The notes below the pieces were generated by a model that saw only the letters and a program-made list of their open reading frames with translations, was not told the DNA's origin and did no database searches. The position numbers were made by a program, and so were the translations under genes. From Eledone cirrhosa (Eukaryota), in contig OZ024755.1 in NCBI GenBank assembly GCA_964016885.1, forward strand, positions 12,276,001 to 12,340,000: a stretch of DNA of 64,000 nucleotides. The letters are read 5' to 3'. Shown here in pieces: positions 60,378 through 64,000 of the stretch. The stretch's first letter is position 1; the number at the start of each line of letters is the position of its first letter.

Positions 60378-60555
60378 TATATTTATTTGTGTGTGTGATT
60401 CTGGGTTTAAGAATGCATATATATATATGTGTGTGTGTGAGTCTGGATTTATGTGTACATATATTTATTTGTGTGTGTGTAAGTCTGGATTTATGAGTAC
60501 ATATATTTATTTGTGTGTGTGTAAGTCTGGGTTTAAGTGTACATATACTTATTTG
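60378..60555. repeat. 4x ~42-bp tandem repeat
   Basis: atatatttatttgtgtgtgtgtaagtctggatttatgagtac units. Confidence 0.8.
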
Positions 60556-61654
60556 TACAGTTTGGAAGCCCATCAAATTTACTCTACCAGTAATTTCAAA
60601 GGACCACTTTGTCACACAGTGTTTTGTGCTGAATCATCATCAGCATTTTACGTCCACTTTTCCATGCATAAGAATTAAGTTAAGGGTATATGTGCCATTA
60701 GAATGCTCAAGCACTTGCATATGATATATATACATGGAATACTAATCGTTGAAACTGACGGAGGTCCATGCCATGTATGCATAATTTGTTTATGTGTGTG
60801 TATATATGTGAGTATATGTTTGCAAGTGTGCGTGTTTGTTTTTGTTTGTATGTGCACATATATATGTATGTTTGTGTGTGTATTTGTGTTTAGGTGTACA
60901 TATATGTGTATGTCTGATTGAGTTTATGTATGTATATATTTGTTTCTGCGCACATATATGTAAATGTGTTTATGTATATATACATGTATGTGTGTGTTTG
61001 TGTTTGTATGTATATATATATATTTGTGTGTAGTTTCTCTTCTAAAGGCAAGAGTGAGACATTTGAGGGGAGTTTATGCTGCTATATTCAGCAGTGAGGC
61101 AGCCACAACCAAACAAGTGAGCCTTTATATAGTCGTTCCAACTGTTAGAAATACCAGCTAAAGTTAAATCTCCTTCAAATGACACTATACTGTCTTAGAA
61201 AAGGACACATTCGATTGTATGTTCTTGGTTTCTCTATATAATAACATGGCTGGAATGCCTTTGATCATTGGTCTGCTCAGTCAGGGCTATCCAAGAGCTA
61301 AACAACATCAGCAACAACTGTATAAAAGATTAACTCTGTCAATACCATATGTCTCATGAAAAACACTGCTTATGATTTTCAAATAATTTTGAAAATAATG
61401 AAGAATTTAGAAATGCAACTAAATTTTTCATTATTAAGCTTGTTCTTTGAAACATAGCTTGACAAAGGTTCTGATATAAACTAATGCTGGAAGTATTTTA
61501 GATAAATATAAACTCATTAAAATAAACAAATGGCTTCAGGTAATTTATCTAGTTTATCATTTAAAAAAAAAGAAAAGAATGATGGAATCTTATGTTTGCT
61601 CTGTAATACATTTAGAGTTAAGTTAGTATTAACATATTTAATGCAGAGACAGTG

Positions 61655-61950
61655 AAGGCACATGGCTTAGTGGTTAGGGTGTTCGACTCTCAAATGTAAG
61701 GTAATAAGTTTGATTCCTGAAGGTATGTTGTGTCCTTGAACAAGACACTTTATTTCCAATTGCTCCAATCCACTCATCTGGCAGAAAAAAATATGTTGTA
61801 CCTGAATTCAAATGTAATGCATTGTCACACACTGTGTCATACTGAATCTCCCTAAGAACTACATTAAGAGTATACATTTCTGTGGAATGCTCAGCCACTT
61901 GCACATTAATTTCAGAAGCAGGCTGTTCCATTGATTGAATCAACTAGAAT
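61655..61950 (+). mobile_element. CORE-type tRNA SINE
   Basis: tggcttagtggttagggtgttcgac head; tgtgtccttgaacaagacactttat CORE. Confidence 0.75.
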
Positions 61951-62743
61951 ACACATCATCAGAACTGCCAGAGGTACAACATGTAGAGAACAATATAAAT
62001 CTAACTGGAAATAATGTTTGAGTTTATTGTTGCCCCATGATCCTGGTGGACAGAATAGCAAATATGTTAATTTGGAGAATGGGAAGGGAGATGTACTGAA
62101 AGAGCCAGTCCGCAGCATGCTTGCCTCATTTCTTTTTAACCCTTTAGTATTTATATTACTGTATATATACTATTGTTTTTTTCATGGTAAAGGCTTTATC
62201 TTACACAATATCACACATAATATCGAATCTATGAGATTTGGATTTTATTTATTTTGAGAACAATACCTTAACATCAGTATGAGCAACCAGTTTAAACAGA
62301 AAGAGGTGAGAATTCTGGCCGGATAAGGCCGGTTTAAACTTCACACATCTTCTTCATTCAATACCAATGACTCAGTACCATCAACATTACGCTCTATAAA
62401 CAAGTATAAGATGATAAAAAATAAAATACAAAGTAAATACAGTGACTAATAATATTTTGAACCTTTCAGCAATTATGGGAGACAACTCCAGACGTGTTTT
62501 GATTATATTAGTCCTTCTCAGTTATGAAATGATGAGAGAATGAATGTTAATGAACACTGCAGAAAACTACAACAGTTGAGACAATGAATTATATGATTTA
62601 TGTAAATTATATCTACATGAAAACAATAGTTGATTTAGAATAAATATTTAAATGCATGGTGCTTAGCAAAATCCATCTTGAAATTATTTTGCATTGAGAA
62701 GAAAGCATATGTTTTTGATTCTTTTGGTAAGTATAAAATATAA

Positions 62744-62784
62744 CTCCATATATGTTTCAACTATATCAGACTTCATCAGCAAAG
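62744..62784 (-). ncRNA. Degenerate HHR-like fold
   Basis: CTTTG-CTGATGA-AGTCTGATATAGTT-GAAA-CATA-TA-TGGAG; stems rely on G-U pairs. Confidence 0.4.
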
Positions 62785-63059
62785 CTTAACCTTGATTGTA
62801 CAAAGTATAAATTTATATAATGGTTGGTAACAATCTTATTTTTATTTTCCTAAATCCCTCTCTCTTTCTTACTCATCTCATTCTCTATTTCTATCAGTCT
62901 TGGATGAATAAGCTACCAAAACTAAAAGTTAGGTCTCAGTTAATTTTAGAATTATAATGAATTTTACTCTATGATCAGTACAAACTCCTCTTATCATTAA
63001 AAGCTCACTATTATTTTATTCTATAAGCCAAGCAACACCAACACACGCACACACATATA

Positions 63060-63311
63060 TCATCATCATCATCATCGTTTAACATCCATCTTCCACGCTA
63101 GCATGGGTTTGGATGGGAATTTTCCCACTTGAGGCAAGATTGGTTGTCTTGCTCGCATAGGACTGTCTGGCGGGTTTTCTACGGTTGGATGCCCTTCCTA
63201 ACACCAACCACGTTTACAGTGTCGACTGGGAGGTTTTTACACGGCCACATTACAGCGTGGACTGTGTGTTTTTTTGTTGTGACACCTACACGACCTCATT
63301 TATTTAGGACT

Positions 63312-63313
<2 letters not shown>
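63060..63313 (-). mobile_element. SINE-like family S3
   Basis: Near-identical to 51038-51302. Confidence 0.8.
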
Positions 63314-63360
<47 letters not shown>

Positions 63361-63361
63361 T

Positions 63362-63516
63362 TAATTAGAAAGTGAACAACACAATATATAACTACTCCAT
63401 TACCAAAGGTTTCTGGATCCCAGACAAGATTAATATAATTCTGGATCGTTCAGCAGACAGTGGCCTGAACAAACGTTAATAATAACATCATTGGGACACC
63501 CGATGAAGGCTGGAGA

Positions 63517-63520
<4 letters not shown>
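63362..63520 (-). mobile_element. Family F insert with degenerate HHR-like fold
   Basis: Homologous to 18434-18545; minus strand CTGCTGA..GATCCAGA..TCTGGGATC..GAAAC. Confidence 0.5.
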
Positions 63521-63570
<50 letters not shown>

Positions 63571-63641
63571 GTAATAATAAATTTGAAGACTAAAATCCAA
63601 AGAGGGCTTGATAAGGATAAATATATATGAACCGTAGAGCA

Positions 63642-64000
63642 TAATATATATATATTATATATATATTATATATATATTATATATTTATATATATATATAT
63701 TATATATATATATATTATATATATTATATATGTTTATATATTATATATATATAGTATATATAATATATGTTTATATATTATATATATATATTATATATAT
63801 TATATATATATATATATTATATATATATATATATTATATATTATATATATATACATATATATAATATTATATATATATATATTATATATATTAGAGATAT
63901 ATATATGTATATATTATATTATATATATTATATATATGTATATATTATATTATATATATTATATATATGTATATATTATATTATATATATTATATATATG
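63642..64000. repeat. AT-only low-complexity/microsatellite
   Basis: Direct inspection. Confidence 0.95.

Overview
Very AT-rich, microsatellite-dense animal genomic DNA. The repeat content (tRNA-head SINEs, RTE-type LINEs with (ATG)n tails, very long (TA)n tracts) suggests a coleoid cephalopod such as octopus; this is inference. The only supportable host coding sequence is the terminal exon of a C2H2 zinc-finger gene (1818-2368, +). Nearly all long ORFs in the track are microsatellite or minisatellite translation artefacts. The rest is SINEs, RTE LINE remnants, hAT- and piggyBac-like MITEs, a ~4.3 kb TA/TATG compound microsatellite and a 27-bp minisatellite with an 81-bp higher-order repeat. 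The main finding is a set of short (100-500 bp) inserts, mostly within (TA)n tracts, from at least five unrelated sequence families. They carry type I hammerhead-ribozyme (HHR) folds with compensatory stem changes, including a U3-A8 core variant. Several are arranged as long head-to-head palindromes, and several share a GTATTGAGTRC motif. A fragment of a Penelope-like reverse transcriptase lies next to one of them. This points to a TA-targeting, ribozyme-bearing, non-autonomous Penelope-like/retrozyme-like system. All folds were made by eye and none has been tested for activity.
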